Under the pieces are notes generated by a model. The model worked only from the letters and a program-made list of their open reading frames with translations, was not told the origin of the DNA and searched no databases. The translations under genes and the position numbers were made by a program. Below are positions 1-12,939 of a stretch of DNA of 64,000 nucleotides, in pieces (within the stretch, counting starts at the first letter, position 1; every line of letters begins with the position of its first letter). The stretch comes from Octopus bimaculoides (Eukaryota), in assembly GCF_001194135.2 (NCBI RefSeq), contig NC_068998.1, positions 14,864,420 to 14,928,419 on the forward strand, written 5' to 3'.

Positions 1-399
1 TTCTTCAAAGTTTCACATTATTTATATTTTCTAATCATACATTCAAAATTACTTAATTTTCTTTCTTCGTTTCATAAATAAGTACTTATAATATTTATTT
101 TATTTCCTTTCTATTCGACTTCAATTATTCATCTGGTGTTTGTATTATTATAGTTATTGCTGTCGTCATTGTTTAACATTCATCACACGATACCCTTCGT
201 CTTAAGTCTGTTCTCTCATGATCTTATGCAATATTTATTTATTTATTTAATCTTATTTATTGTTGTTGTTGTTTTTTTTTATTTTAGAATGTTTCTCTTT
301 TCACTAATCACTTTTTTGTGTCTTCTCTTTATTTATTTATTTTTGTTTTGTATTAGACTTCTTTCTTTCAGTTCTAGTGTATTTCTTTTTATTACTTCT

Positions 400-422
400 A
401 AACTATACATATATACATATAC

Positions 423-476
<54 letters not shown>

Positions 477-550
477 GTACATATATGATGTGTATGTATA
501 CGTACACAAATAAATATATATTACATATATATATCATATGTATCATATAC

Positions 551-596
<46 letters not shown>

Positions 597-971
597 AATG
601 CCATAGATTGCTTATATATTCCAGACCTAAACAAACAAATCTAGTCTGAAATATTGCCAATCAAAATACAATAAGGACATATTAAATTCCTCAAACATTA
701 TTATGCATAAGAAAAATAATATAAGTGTATGTGTGTGCATGCGTGTGCGCGTGATTGTAGTATAATTATGTAAATACATATATATGAATACGTATATGCA
801 TTTATATATATATGTGTGTATGTGTGTATGCATGGAGGTATGTATACATATGCATATGTGCTTGAGTATATATTCTTTATGAGCATATATATATATGTGT
901 ATCTGTGTATGTATTTACATATAAATATATATATAGATACAACCACATTTTGCATACACATATACAAACGC

Positions 972-1004
<33 letters not shown>

Positions 1005-1087
1005 TATAAAATATACATATGTATATATGTATGTATTTATATGTATATGTATATATATGTATACATATATCTATATATATATGTATA

Positions 1088-1146
<59 letters not shown>

Positions 1147-1510
1147 NNNNNNNNNNNNNNNNNNNNNNNNNNNNNNNNNNNNNNNNNNNNNNNNNNNNNN
1201 NNNNNNNNNNNNNNNNNNNNNNNNNNNNNNNNNNNNNNNNNNNNNNNNNNNNNNNNNNNNNNNNNNNNNNNNNNNNNNNNNNNNNNNNNNNNNNNNNNNN
1301 NNNNNNNNNNNNNNNNNNNNNNNNNNNNNNNNNNNNNNNNNNNNNNNNNNNNNNNNNNNNNNNNNNNNNNNNNNNNNNNNNNNNNNNNNNNNNNNNNNNN
1401 NNNNNNNNNNNNNNNNNNNNNNNNNNNNNNNNNNNNNNNNNNNNNNNNNNNNNNNNNNNNNNNNNNNNNNNNNNNNNNNNNNNNNNNNNNNNNNNNNNNN
1501 NNNNNNNNNN

Positions 1511-1570
<60 letters not shown>
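400..1570. repeat. Compound (TA)n/(TATG)n microsatellite field containing an N gap (1147-1510)
   Basis: Direct inspection; generates the poly-YI ORFs in the track. Confidence 0.95.
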
Positions 1571-1573
<3 letters not shown>

Positions 1574-1575
1574 AG

Positions 1576-2534
1576 AAATGTATATGGGAGAATTCACAAA
1601 AAGAAAACAAAAGACGAAGACAGGTGATGTAGACAACAAGCAGATGTACAGATGTATTAGTTTAACGCCCCGAAAGTGAAAAGTTTTTAACGTTTCGAGC
1701 CTACGCTCTTCCACGGAAACGAACACAGAAAGAGACAAGGAGAGAAAATAAAGAACGTGTAGAGGCTAGCCATCTATCATGGCGAATGCCGTAAAGAGTG
1801 GTCAAACAGGAGAGCTAGGAGGGAGGGGAGATAATAACGTAGTGGGGATCCCAAAACGAAGGTGCGCGTGTATAAGAGAGTATGTATGTGCGTATGGGAG
1901 AGGGCTGGTGACCGTGATGTGCGTGAGTGTGTATGTGTAGGTGTGTGCATGTGGGTCTGGAAAGTGGTCAGTGCTAGTGTGTGCGTGGTGATGTGATGTG
2001 ATGTTGTGTTGTATGGTGGTGTATGGTATAGTGGTGTGTGGTGCTGTGATGGCGTTGGGAGGTGCGGAGGCGAGAGTGGGGAAGGCAAGGTTAGGGTGTG
2101 GGTTAGGCTGAGGGTGGAGTTAGATGTGAGGTATGTGGGAAGGCTGAGGTTGGAGGTAGAGGTGGGGTATGTGGGAGTGGGTGTAAGAGATTGGGTGGGG
2201 TGGGATTGGATGGATTGTGTAGGGGTGGGGTGGAGTTACGAGGGAGGGGTGCGAGGGAATGGGAGAAGGTGGTAGGAGTGAAAAGATGAGAGAAGCAGAG
2301 GACTGAAGAGAAGTAGTAGCTGGAGCGAGAGAGGAGAGGTGGGTGGGAGGAAGTAGGTGTGAGGGGAAGAGAGAGGAGAGGAGGTTAGACGAAGAGGGGA
2401 GAAGAGTTGTGTGCATGTGGTGCAAAGGTGCGAAGAGAGACGATTAATCCCTGTTCACGGCGCAAACGAGAGTCTGGATGGCCCCTGTACAAGGACAATC
2501 CAAACACAGACAGGTGTTGCAAAGAGTGACCGGT

Positions 2535-2540
<6 letters not shown>
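1576..2540 (-). mobile_element. 3' end of a Penelope-like element: GIY-YIG C-terminus, long CT/CA-rich tract, terminal (pLTR-type) segment
   Basis: Minus 2540-2411 translates to [41 protein letters not shown], resembling the PLE GIY-YIG tail (R..REQ.LI..L.T..P.G). A hammerhead-like motif follows at 1720-1684. Flanked by (TA)n on both sides. Confidence 0.7.
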
Positions 2541-3240
<700 letters not shown>

Positions 3241-4172
3241 TAGTGTGTTTTTATATTGATTTCCTCATTTACAGTTCTTTCTCTAAAGATATGATTTATT
3301 CAAAACAGAGGCCTTAATTTTAACGCAACGAACTTTGTTTTATTTCTATACTTTTGGTATCTTTTCACTCATTCTATAAATATTGTTTTCGTGATTCTCC
3401 TTAAGGGACAAATAATCGAAAAGAAAAAAAATGTATTGAACATTAGAATCAAAATGTATGATCTAGTGGCCAATATAAATAAAAGCAATGAAAAAATAAA
3501 GTGCTCAAAGCACATATTTGAGGATGACTAAATCCATGAAAATGTAAACTAATGCAAACATGCCGTGAAATATTTTGATGGTTTGTCAACCCAGTGGATC
3601 GAATACTATTTTATTTTTGTTAATTGTGTAAATTTTAGATTTGTTTTTGAGATTCGGTTTTCCATAATGGCATAGTCAAAGGATATGTTTTCATATAAAA
3701 TACAGGAAATGTTCATACATAATACATCATCAATATATGGCTGTTTTGTTTCTTCTTCTTTTTCTTAGAGATGGAAGGTGATATTTTTGATTTTCTAGCA
3801 GAAAGATTTACAAGTAGAATTAATCTTGGAAACAATGGTGTCAAGATTTAATAGTGCTGTTAAATATAGAAAAATCAGTTTGAGTTTTTATTAAAGAAAG
3901 TTTTTGACATTAAAGAATATACAGCTCGGAAATAGTATCGTAAGTTATTCACTAATACTATGTCAGAACAACAAGTTGTCATAGACATAAATATTATTGG
4001 ATTAGGTGTTGGTAAAGATATATAAACACATAGGCATATTGTTTATATTTTATTCTAGTTTGTTTATATTTGATGCAAAAAGTCGAGCTGCGAGATGAGC
4101 ACATGCACATATAGCAGAGAAAAGTAAAGCCGCATTATACACGCAACATAATTTAACTAATAAGAGAAAGAA

Positions 4173-4173
<1 letters not shown>

Positions 4174-4257
<84 letters not shown>
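4174..4257. repeat. (TAG)n microsatellite
   Basis: Direct inspection. Confidence 0.97.
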
Positions 4258-4259
<2 letters not shown>

Positions 4260-4454
4260 CGGCAGCAGCAGCAGAACTACACTATTAGTAGTGAGGGGCT
4301 TAGTATTAGTAGGAGGAGGAGAAAGTAGTATTCGCAGAATGCTTAGAGTATTGGACGATATCGATTTGCTGTACACACATACATAGAAACATACACACTC
4401 ACTCATATATGCATATACATATATGCATAAAAATGTGAGTACCTATATGTGAGT

Positions 4455-4471
4455 AGATAGATAGATAGATG

Positions 4472-4530
<59 letters not shown>

Positions 4531-4531
4531 T

Positions 4532-4582
<51 letters not shown>
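4455..4582. repeat. (GATA)n(GACA)n(GATA)n microsatellite
   Basis: Direct inspection. Confidence 0.95.
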
Positions 4583-4584
<2 letters not shown>

Positions 4585-4590
4585 AATTTA

Positions 4591-4703
4591 CAAAAAACAG
4601 AAGACGAAGAAATGTGAAGGAACAAAAAGCAGGTGTATTAATCTGATGCTCGGGAAGAATGGAAAAGTCTTTGGGGTTTCCAGCCTACGCTTTTTGACAG
4701 TAG
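4591..4703 (-). mobile_element. Diverged copy of the PLE terminal segment seen at 1600-1720 and 17975-18115
   Basis: Shares gtttc(c/g)agcctacgct(c/t)tt and the upstream gacgaaga...caggtgt block with 1610-1712. Confidence 0.6.
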
Positions 4704-4705
4704 AT

Positions 4706-5399
4706 CTCATTTGTTGGGTTTCCAGTAGCCAGGTCCTTGTCTACATATCCTATCTAAGACAAGCGTACAGGACACAAGTTTGTGATCGCTGTCGCTGACA
4801 TAGTGGAATTGTGGACAACTTGCTATATTCTTATCTTTACATCTAACTATAATCATATCTAAATAAGATCTAGAAGATCCGTCGCTGTTCGTTCATGTCC
4901 ACACTGGAGCGTCCGGAAATTCTAATCTATACCAATCTGCCAGTATATTTGGATTCGAGCCAACACATTCTAAACGTGCATCGCAGATTGTATAAAGTCA
5001 CCTAATAATACTAAAGGATGAGACGTCCTTAGGATATTTTCTAGGTTTCTAGTCCCGTAGGAAGCGTAGACACCTACCAACCTGAAAGTTTTACCACTCC
5101 TGAACGTGACATCAAGGACGACCAGCCTGCCTTCTGGGTCAATAAAGATTGCTCTAGTCTCAAAAATCAGATTTTTCCTGAGTAGAATCGCAACAACCCT
5201 CCCACCACTGGTTAGCATGGAGAAATAAATTTCTCGTAGTCCTTCATGAGGAGGGAAAGGCCCGCATCCCACTCTGTCTTGTTTCCGTGGCCACTATCAC
5301 ATCCAATCTATGTGACCTGAGGTCATTAAGGAAGCGATTTTGCTTCCAGTCTGACCCCAGGCCACGTACATTTAAACATCTTACAGTGAGTTTATCCAT
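4706..5399 (-). pseudogene. Tx1/L1-type LINE ORF2, apurinic-like endonuclease domain (disrupted)
   Basis: ATG at 5399: MDKLTVRCLNVRGLG...VATETR; then GGRVVAILL, DPEGRLVVLDV, FRLVGVYA, LVLLGDF, SYLDMI, SDHKLV, GPGYWK. Stops and frameshifts present. Confidence 0.9.
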
Positions 5400-5409
5400 A
5401 AAAAGGCTT

Positions 5410-6497
5410 ACCTTCGTGGAGAAGGGATTATAATTCCTTCTCAGTATCGTCCGTGTTTTGCTGGGATTCTTTGGTTAGGCCTTCGTACATGGACGTACAG
5501 AAGTCTTTTCTAAGAGGGCGTATGTCGTTGGGGAATCGGGAGCACAACATATTATAATTTATTCTATCTATAGAATAAATTTGAATTTCCTCTGGTAGGA
5601 TGGTGCAATGTTCTTTGTAAAGTTCTGCAGTTGGTATATCTTATAGTTCATCTGCTAAGAAATAATTTTTTGGCATTTATTGCCATTATATTGAACTCGG
5701 ATGTTGTTGGGAAGAGAGAGAGAGAAGGTTGTTTTTGGGGACTGGGGGGAGTAGATTTGGCTATTTTTTCTTATTTTTTCTGGGTCGGGGTGGACTATTT
5801 GAGAATCGTGTGTGACTGCAGGGAGGGGTTTTCTCTTGTTGGTGCTGGGGCTATAGGGGTGGGTTGGGTGTTTCTTTTTTTTGCAGTTTTTATGTGGGTT
5901 ACAGTAGCCCAATACTTTGGTTTCCTCTTTTCCGGTTGTTGGAGTAGTATTCTCCTGTATAGGGGGATCCTTTGCATCAGCTGTGGTTGTTGGTCCTGAG
6001 GTCTGCATGAGGGGAAGAGAGGGGCATTCTGCACTTACGTGGCCTTTCTCGCCACATTTAAGGCAGCGAGGCCTCCTCCCCTCGACCATCATACATAACA
6101 TGGTTTCCTCTCTAATCTGGATAGTCTCTGCAATTTCTTCGGGGTGTGTGGGGGTTGTGTGAATAACTAATTCGAGCCCCTGGCCTTTCCAGTTCTCCTG
6201 CTCGATTTTAGTGACTTCGAGGATCGATATTTTGTCCTCTAAGCCCATGATAAATGCTGCACAAAGCCAGGTAACGTCTATCACGGGAGGAATTTCTCCC
6301 ACCGTTATTTTGGAAGTGTGCCTTCCTAGATAGGTTGGTAGCAGCACTACCTCAGCTCTTTTCAAAGGTTTAATAGAGTGTTGCCTGGCTTTTTCCTTAC
6401 TTTTGCAATGCACAATAATTGTTGCGAATCTCTTTCCTCTTGTTATAAAAGTAATGTCAGACCAAATAGTTTGTAGATATGTCTCCACTTCTTTCGT
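5410..6497 (-). pseudogene. Tx1/L1-type LINE ORF1 (gag-like, CCHC zinc knuckle), 5'-truncated
   Basis: Track ORF 5655-6536 contains RPRCLKCGEKGHVSAECP (CX2CX4HX4C) followed by a Pro/Thr/Lys-rich tail; lies directly upstream of the ORF2 ATG. Confidence 0.85.
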
Positions 6498-7850
6498 TGC
6501 TATTTTAATTTTTTTGGCGATAAACAGTGGTGTCAAACATGAAATGGTTGTTTTGAAGGATGAATTTTAGTGATTCGATTATGAAATCTTTTTTTTTTAT
6601 CCGTTCTAGTATTTCTTCTGGATATTTGCCCAGCCAGAACCGGATTGCTTCTATTCTATAATTGTGGGGTATATTAGTGTATAGTTTTATCACATCAAAT
6701 GAAACCATGTGTGTTTCTTTCTTGACCACTTCTGGTAGGTGATTTAACATATCTAAGTCATCTCTAATATAACTTTGATATATTTTACGTGTGGTTTCAG
6801 GAGGATGTCCCTGACGCAACTTAGTCGATGTGTTTCACAAGATGGTCCAGCTATAATGGGCTGTAATTTTAGATCTTCTGGTGCTGGTGTATGTATATAT
6901 GCCTTTGGTAATTTTTTTATAGCTTCGTTTATAGTTTGGTTTTTGTGAATTTTCGGTAGACCATAGAACAGGCTGTGCTTACATTTAAAGTTTGTTAAAT
7001 AGTCTGTTTCTTTTTTGTTAGGTCTTTTCCGCGGGTTTGAATTAGTGAAAAGTAGTTTTTCATTTTTTTTTGGCGAATATAATCTTTTTTTTTTTCGTAG
7101 TGTTTATCATTGTTTAGCATGGATACTACTAGATTTTTGTAGTATAATGTGTCCATTAAAAAGACGCACTCTGTCGGTTACGACGTCGAGGATCCCAGCT
7201 GATGCGATCAACGGAACAGCTTGCTCGTGAAATTAACGTGCCAGTGGCCGAGTACTCCACAGACACGAGTACCCCTAACGTAGTTCTCAGGGAAATTTAA
7301 CGTGACACAGAGGCCGGCCCTTTGAAATACAAGTACTGCTCATTTTTGTCAGCTGAGTGTACTGGAACAACGTGAAATAAAGTGTCTTGCTCAAGGACAT
7401 AACGCGTGGCCGGGAATTGAACTCACGACCTTACGATCGCGATCCGAATGCCCTAACCACTAAGCCACGTGCCTTCACATGTGTTCATTACCACTACCGC
7501 ACTCCCTTTATCCGCTTCTTTGATTGTTATTTCTTCATTGTTTTGTAGTTCAGTTAGTTCTTTCCATTGGGTAATGATGAAGTTTGAAATTACTTTTTTT
7601 TGTGCAAGGTGTGGTAGGGGTAGTTTTCAATGTGGTTGCAGAGTTCGTCGAGATTATTATTTCTTTCTCTGTGGAGGATGTGTTCACTTTTGTTTTTCAC
7701 TAGTGAATCATCTTCGTTATTATAAATGTGCAGTGCTTCTGCAAGCCTTAATTTCCTGCAGAATTCTGAAACACTGTCCTCGACCTCATTTTGGTTATCT
7801 CTGCGAGGAGTTGGGGTGAACTTTAGCCCTAGTAACAAACAAAATCTCTA
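6498..7850 (-). mobile_element. Penelope-like element N-terminal domain and first half of RT (disrupted, SINE-interrupted)
   Basis: Motifs LGLKFTPTP, EFCRKLRL, IKEADKGSAVVVMN, FYGLPKIHK, PIIAGPSCETHRLS, SFDVIKLYTNIP, FILQNNHFMFD..YRQK. Confidence 0.92.
7159..7478 (-). mobile_element. tRNA-derived SINE (family A) with 12-bp target-site duplication
   Basis: Reverse complement of 32744-33070; TSD atgtgtccatta (7147-7158) / atgtgttcatta (7479-7490); A and B boxes in head. Confidence 0.92.
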
Positions 7851-8580
7851 ACTCGAAATTGTATCCAAAACTCAAACTTTGAAAAGCGTTTATCGAAACC
7901 GGTTACATTATGTTGGAAGAGAAAAATCTTATTTTGTATAATATTGCATAATACTTTTGCTATCAGGATTCTAATATATTATTTAATCGTGTAAAACAAA
8001 TCTTCTGTGTTTTTTCCTCTTTTCTCTTTCCTTGTGTGTGTATGCACGATGTATGTATGTGAATATATGCCTAAATATACACATCATTTCGACAAGTTAT
8101 TCCTTCTGTTATTCGATGTCAGATTGATAGAGTTGTAAAACATGAATAAAGTGTTAGAATTCCATTTATAATTATCAAGATGTATAAATTCTTATAGACG
8201 CTGTAAATAGAATTTGAACTGTCTCTATTCTATATTTTTCTGTGTTGTATGTTACGATGGCAGAACTTTGAACTTGGCTATGAATCAAAGTTGTTCTTTG
8301 GCATGAATAGTTTAATCGGAATAATACGCTTATTTCAAAGAATTTAATGGAACCTCTCTTAGAGGGAATAGTCTGCACTAAGTTTTTAATAATATTTTTA
8401 TATATAAACTGTGTGTAAAATAGACATTTCGTAGTTGTTTACGTTTCCATCCAACCTAATTATGCACATTTAATTCTTAAATGGTTCGTTATCTCTAATA
8501 TATAAGATTATCGGCTTCTTTGTATGAACTACTATTTAATATTATATTCATGTTATACTCATTCTGCCGAAAAATGACAG

Positions 8581-8800
8581 TTATTGCCTCCACCTTAGCG
8601 AAGGCAGAGGTATTGTGTTCAGTCCTGTTTGTTTGTTTGTCCGTGGACAAGTTATCTCAAGAATCGCTGGATGGATTCGGATAAAAGTTCCAGGGATGTT
8701 TGGCCTCGTGACTGGCACGAACTGATTAGATTTTGGGATTGATCCGGTATCAGACAGGGATTCTGGATTATTTTTCCTGTTTTCGGGTTCAATTTTAGTA
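8581..8800 (+). mobile_element. Possible non-autonomous Helentron/DINE-1-like element 5' part
   Basis: T-rich start, hairpin cctccacctt-agcg-aaggcagagg (8587-8610), short (GTTT)n, then gattagattttgggattgatccgg; no matching 3' end found. Confidence 0.45.
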
Positions 8801-11420
8801 TTCACGTTTATGAGAGCAATCGAGTTTTATTTCAGATATTCTCATTTTAAAAATCCGCTCTGGTTAATTGTTTTGACTTACTTAAAACATCAGAGACAAT
8901 GGTTCACTTTCAGTTACAGTTATGAGAACTGTTGGGTATGTATTCGTGAGCCTTTCAAAGAGAATAACTAAACCACTACTTAGGCTACTATGTAGGACTT
9001 TAGTCAAAACTGTGTTCATGAGTTGGTAAACGAATCGAATATCACGCCATTATTCTACAATATTTCTATGATATCCTCGTATATTCAGCAGAGCAGCTTT
9101 ATGTATTATAGGTTGCTCGGCATATTCTCACACCGACTTATTCGATTTGTGTCTTTGAGTTACTTTATGGTCGGACTCGCAAACATTTTTGAGCAAGTGT
9201 TTGGCGACAGTTTGCATAACGTTTGTACATAAAACTTAAGCAGATAATGAGCCTATAGTTTCCTCCCAAATCAGTATTTTCATACTCTACTTCAAAACGT
9301 GTCTTGGACTTTGAGGCGATTTGTTATTTTCATTTTCCACGGGTCTTTGAGATATACATATTAAATGTTTTTACGTATAACATCGACTTCATGGATCAGT
9401 TGCGGAGTATTATGGCTTTTTCTAAAAAATTCTAATCACGCAGCCTTACTCAGGTGGACATTTCAAAGTTGACAATATAAGTTTATTGTCGATTTTCGTA
9501 TATATTTTCCCTTGACAACACATAACCATAAGACATTTTAAAGCCTTATCATTTATTTCAAATTTTAAAACCAAAATTATTTACGATCTTCTCAAGAAGC
9601 AGCCCTTTTCAAGGTGTTTATCTATTTATTAACTTTGCTTAATCCCTGATATACTGTTTTTGAATTCGCTAGTTGTATAGCAATCTTTTAACCTCAACTT
9701 CCTCAATCAATATTTTAATATCATCTTTCTTTTCAAAATTTTGGCTTATAGAATTCCTGTACATATTTATTACTATTTTTATTAATATTTCTGCTGTAAA
9801 AAATGTTTGCTGGCTTTTCAGGTTTTTATGTTTCAGCTGATCTTGTACGTGATCATCAGGTTCATATGTGGATGTAGTTTAATATAGTATGTTTTTGTGA
9901 CCCGTGATCCGCGTGTTTATGGAATGTTCGATTAATTGAAGACAACAGCATTTTGTTATTATTGTATTCATATATTCCAATGGAGATAAGATTTCTCAGT
10001 GAATGTAAACAATCGAGTAAAGGTTGGGGTGAAGGAAGATTGAGATTGAATTATACAAATGATGTGAGATAGAAATTTGTTTATTAATTTGAACATTTGT
10101 TTACTTTTTATATAAGTCGTCTATGGAAATGAATTTACTTCGTCTGATCAAAATAGCCACTGGAAAGACAAACTTAATCAAGAAGAAACAGAAATTCACT
10201 TAAAATTACGTATCTATGAAGTGAAGAGAGAAAACATAATTGACGTTAAATATATCTGGTCAATGAAAGGGGATGATAACTCTGTAGCTGTAGCTATATA
10301 AAATTCGTATTTCACATTTGTATGTACTTTGAACTGTAACTAATTCAATTCACAATTTATTAGTTACAAACTTCCACACGTTTGCATTTATACGATCTAA
10401 TTAGCATTACTCATTGAGCCTACGTTTCTGTTTCTTCACTGCAAAGGTTGCTTTAATTAAGTGAAATTGTTATTCTCACTACGTTATGTCAGCACTGAAA
10501 CATCAATTTTGTTCTATAGCCGAGTATCTCCCCGGGCTTAAAAGGTAAAAATAGTCAATAAAGTTGCTTCTGGAGATATGACGTAAGAGAATTCTACGTT
10601 TTCCGAAGAACAGCATAAAATGTTGAGGAAATTAGAATGAGTTTCATGTATTTATCAATAGGAGGTCATAAAATGAGAGATCGGGAACAAAAGGGATTAA
10701 TGACGTTCATGGCTCACACGACAATGTTAAATTTATAATTATTTATTACAATCTAAACACACACCCGCACGCACATACACACACATAGATATATACACAT
10801 GTATGTATGGATGGATGTGTGCATGCGTGTCAGGATACATAAATATATTATAGAAAGTTATTATTCGTAAATCTGTCAACGTGAGATATTTAGCAACAGT
10901 ATTCTAGAGTAAAGATATTTGCCAACATAATTATCTGTGATAATTTGTTAAATGCATATAAATATGTATACATGTATGCATATANNNNNNNNNNNNNNNN
11001 NNNNNNNNNNNNNNNNNNNNNNNNNNNNNNNNNNNNNNNNNNNNNNNNNNNNNNNNNNNNNNNNNNNNNNNNNNNNNNNNNNNNNNNNNNNNNNNNNNNN
11101 NNNNNNNNNNNNNNNNNNNNNNNNNNNNNNNNNNNNNNNNNNNNNNNNNNNNNNNNNNNNNNNNNNNNNNNNNNNNNNNNNNNNNNNNNNNNNNNNNNNN
11201 NNNNNNNNNNNNNNNNNNNNNNNNNNNNNNNNNNNNNNNNNNNNNNNNNNNNNNNNNNNNNNNNNNNNNNNNNNNNNNNNNNNNNNNNNNNNNNNNNNNN
11301 NNNNNNNNNNNNNNNNNNNNNNNNNNNNNNNNNNNNNNNNNNNNNNNNNNNNNNNNNNNNNNNNNNNNNNNNNNNNNNNNNNNNNNNNNNNNNNNNNNNN
11401 NNNNNNNNNNNNNNNNNNNN

Positions 11421-11456
<36 letters not shown>

Positions 11457-12939
11457 GTGTGCGTGCGTCTGTCTGTGTGTATGCGTGTTTGTGTGATTTA
11501 TTTACAATATTTACAGTGATGCATAATAATGACCGGACAGAGCATTCAATACATTTAAATACAGAATAAAATTTATTATTGCTGAAAAAAATGTTAGTCT
11601 CTTTCCAAATAGAATAAACTTTCTTAACAGATCAAACGGTCTTATTTAAATTACTCTTTTGATGAGATCTAATAAACCGACACGTTTACATGCTTATGCC
11701 CTACTGTAAGATACTGAAGTTTGTAGCTTGTACGTGTCACGTTATTCTCTTCCGTAACATTTCTTCAAGGGATCTCAATCATTATTAGAAGGACAAAACA
11801 GGAATATGCTTCTACAATACGCTTTTGTAAGACTTAGATTTTCTTTAATCAGAATGCAGTAAATATCTGCTTGTTTGTTTGTACATATACAACTTTAATT
11901 GTGTGAGTTTGTGTGTATATATGTATGTACGTATGTATTATGTACGTATGTATGTGCATGCGTGTGTGTGCGTCTGTGTCTCTGTGTGACTGTGTGGATT
12001 ATGTATATACATGAGTCCATTGATGCATATATATATGTATACACGTGTGTATGTATGTATATACATGAAAAAAAATATATATATATATATATATACATAT
12101 ATGTATATATACATATATGTATATGTATGTATATCTGCATTCATGTATTATGTATAGGTCTATATATCATGAAAATCCATTGTTAGAAACTGAAATAGGC
12201 ATTGTCGAGAAGGTATTTACTACATAGCGAGTGTAGTGGTCAATTGATTTTATTTGTGAAAATCGAAATTTACTGAATACACCATGCTGCTTCGTTATAT
12301 ATGTTTCTGAATTATCTTTTTACTATTACTTCATTCATAAAATGTGTCACGTTTTTAATTCAACTGTTAAATAATTGTCTTTTAACTTTTACCATTTTCT
12401 CCACATTTTCTTATTCTCACTCTATCTCACCTTCTCTCTTTCTCTCTCTCTCTCTATCTTTCATTTTCCCTCTCCTCTTCTCTCTCTCTTTCCTTCTCTC
12501 CCCCTTTCTCTCTATCTCTCCTCCTTTCTTTCTCTCTCTATCCTTGTCTTTCGTGAGTCACTTAGCATCGTTTTGCTTCTTGTTTCGCTTTCAAACTGTT
12601 ATAATTTCAATCGACGCCATTCGCTTTTCCTTTGGTTTCATTCTAAATTGACTTTCTGAAGCGTATAACACGTGATAACCGTCTTGTAAATGTGGGCCAA
12701 ATGCTTCAATATCCCTGCACCGCAGCTTTTCTTAAACATTTGAATGAGAAGCACACTCATAGTTCAATGCATTCTACATTTTCCCCTTTGTTGGCCATGA
12801 CTGTTTTGTACTTAAGTACAGCACAAAATAATGTTCATATCACTAGTGGTCGTTCTCTTCTTCGCAGATAGATCCATCTGCGCTGGACAGCATTCTTTTG
12901 AGTGCAGATTCGCTTTGAAATTCAACAGATTTTGCTGTT

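Noticed and set aside
12850-12935. Short open frames with AG acceptor-like sites on either strand
   Set aside because: No recognisable homology and no supporting neighbouring exons.
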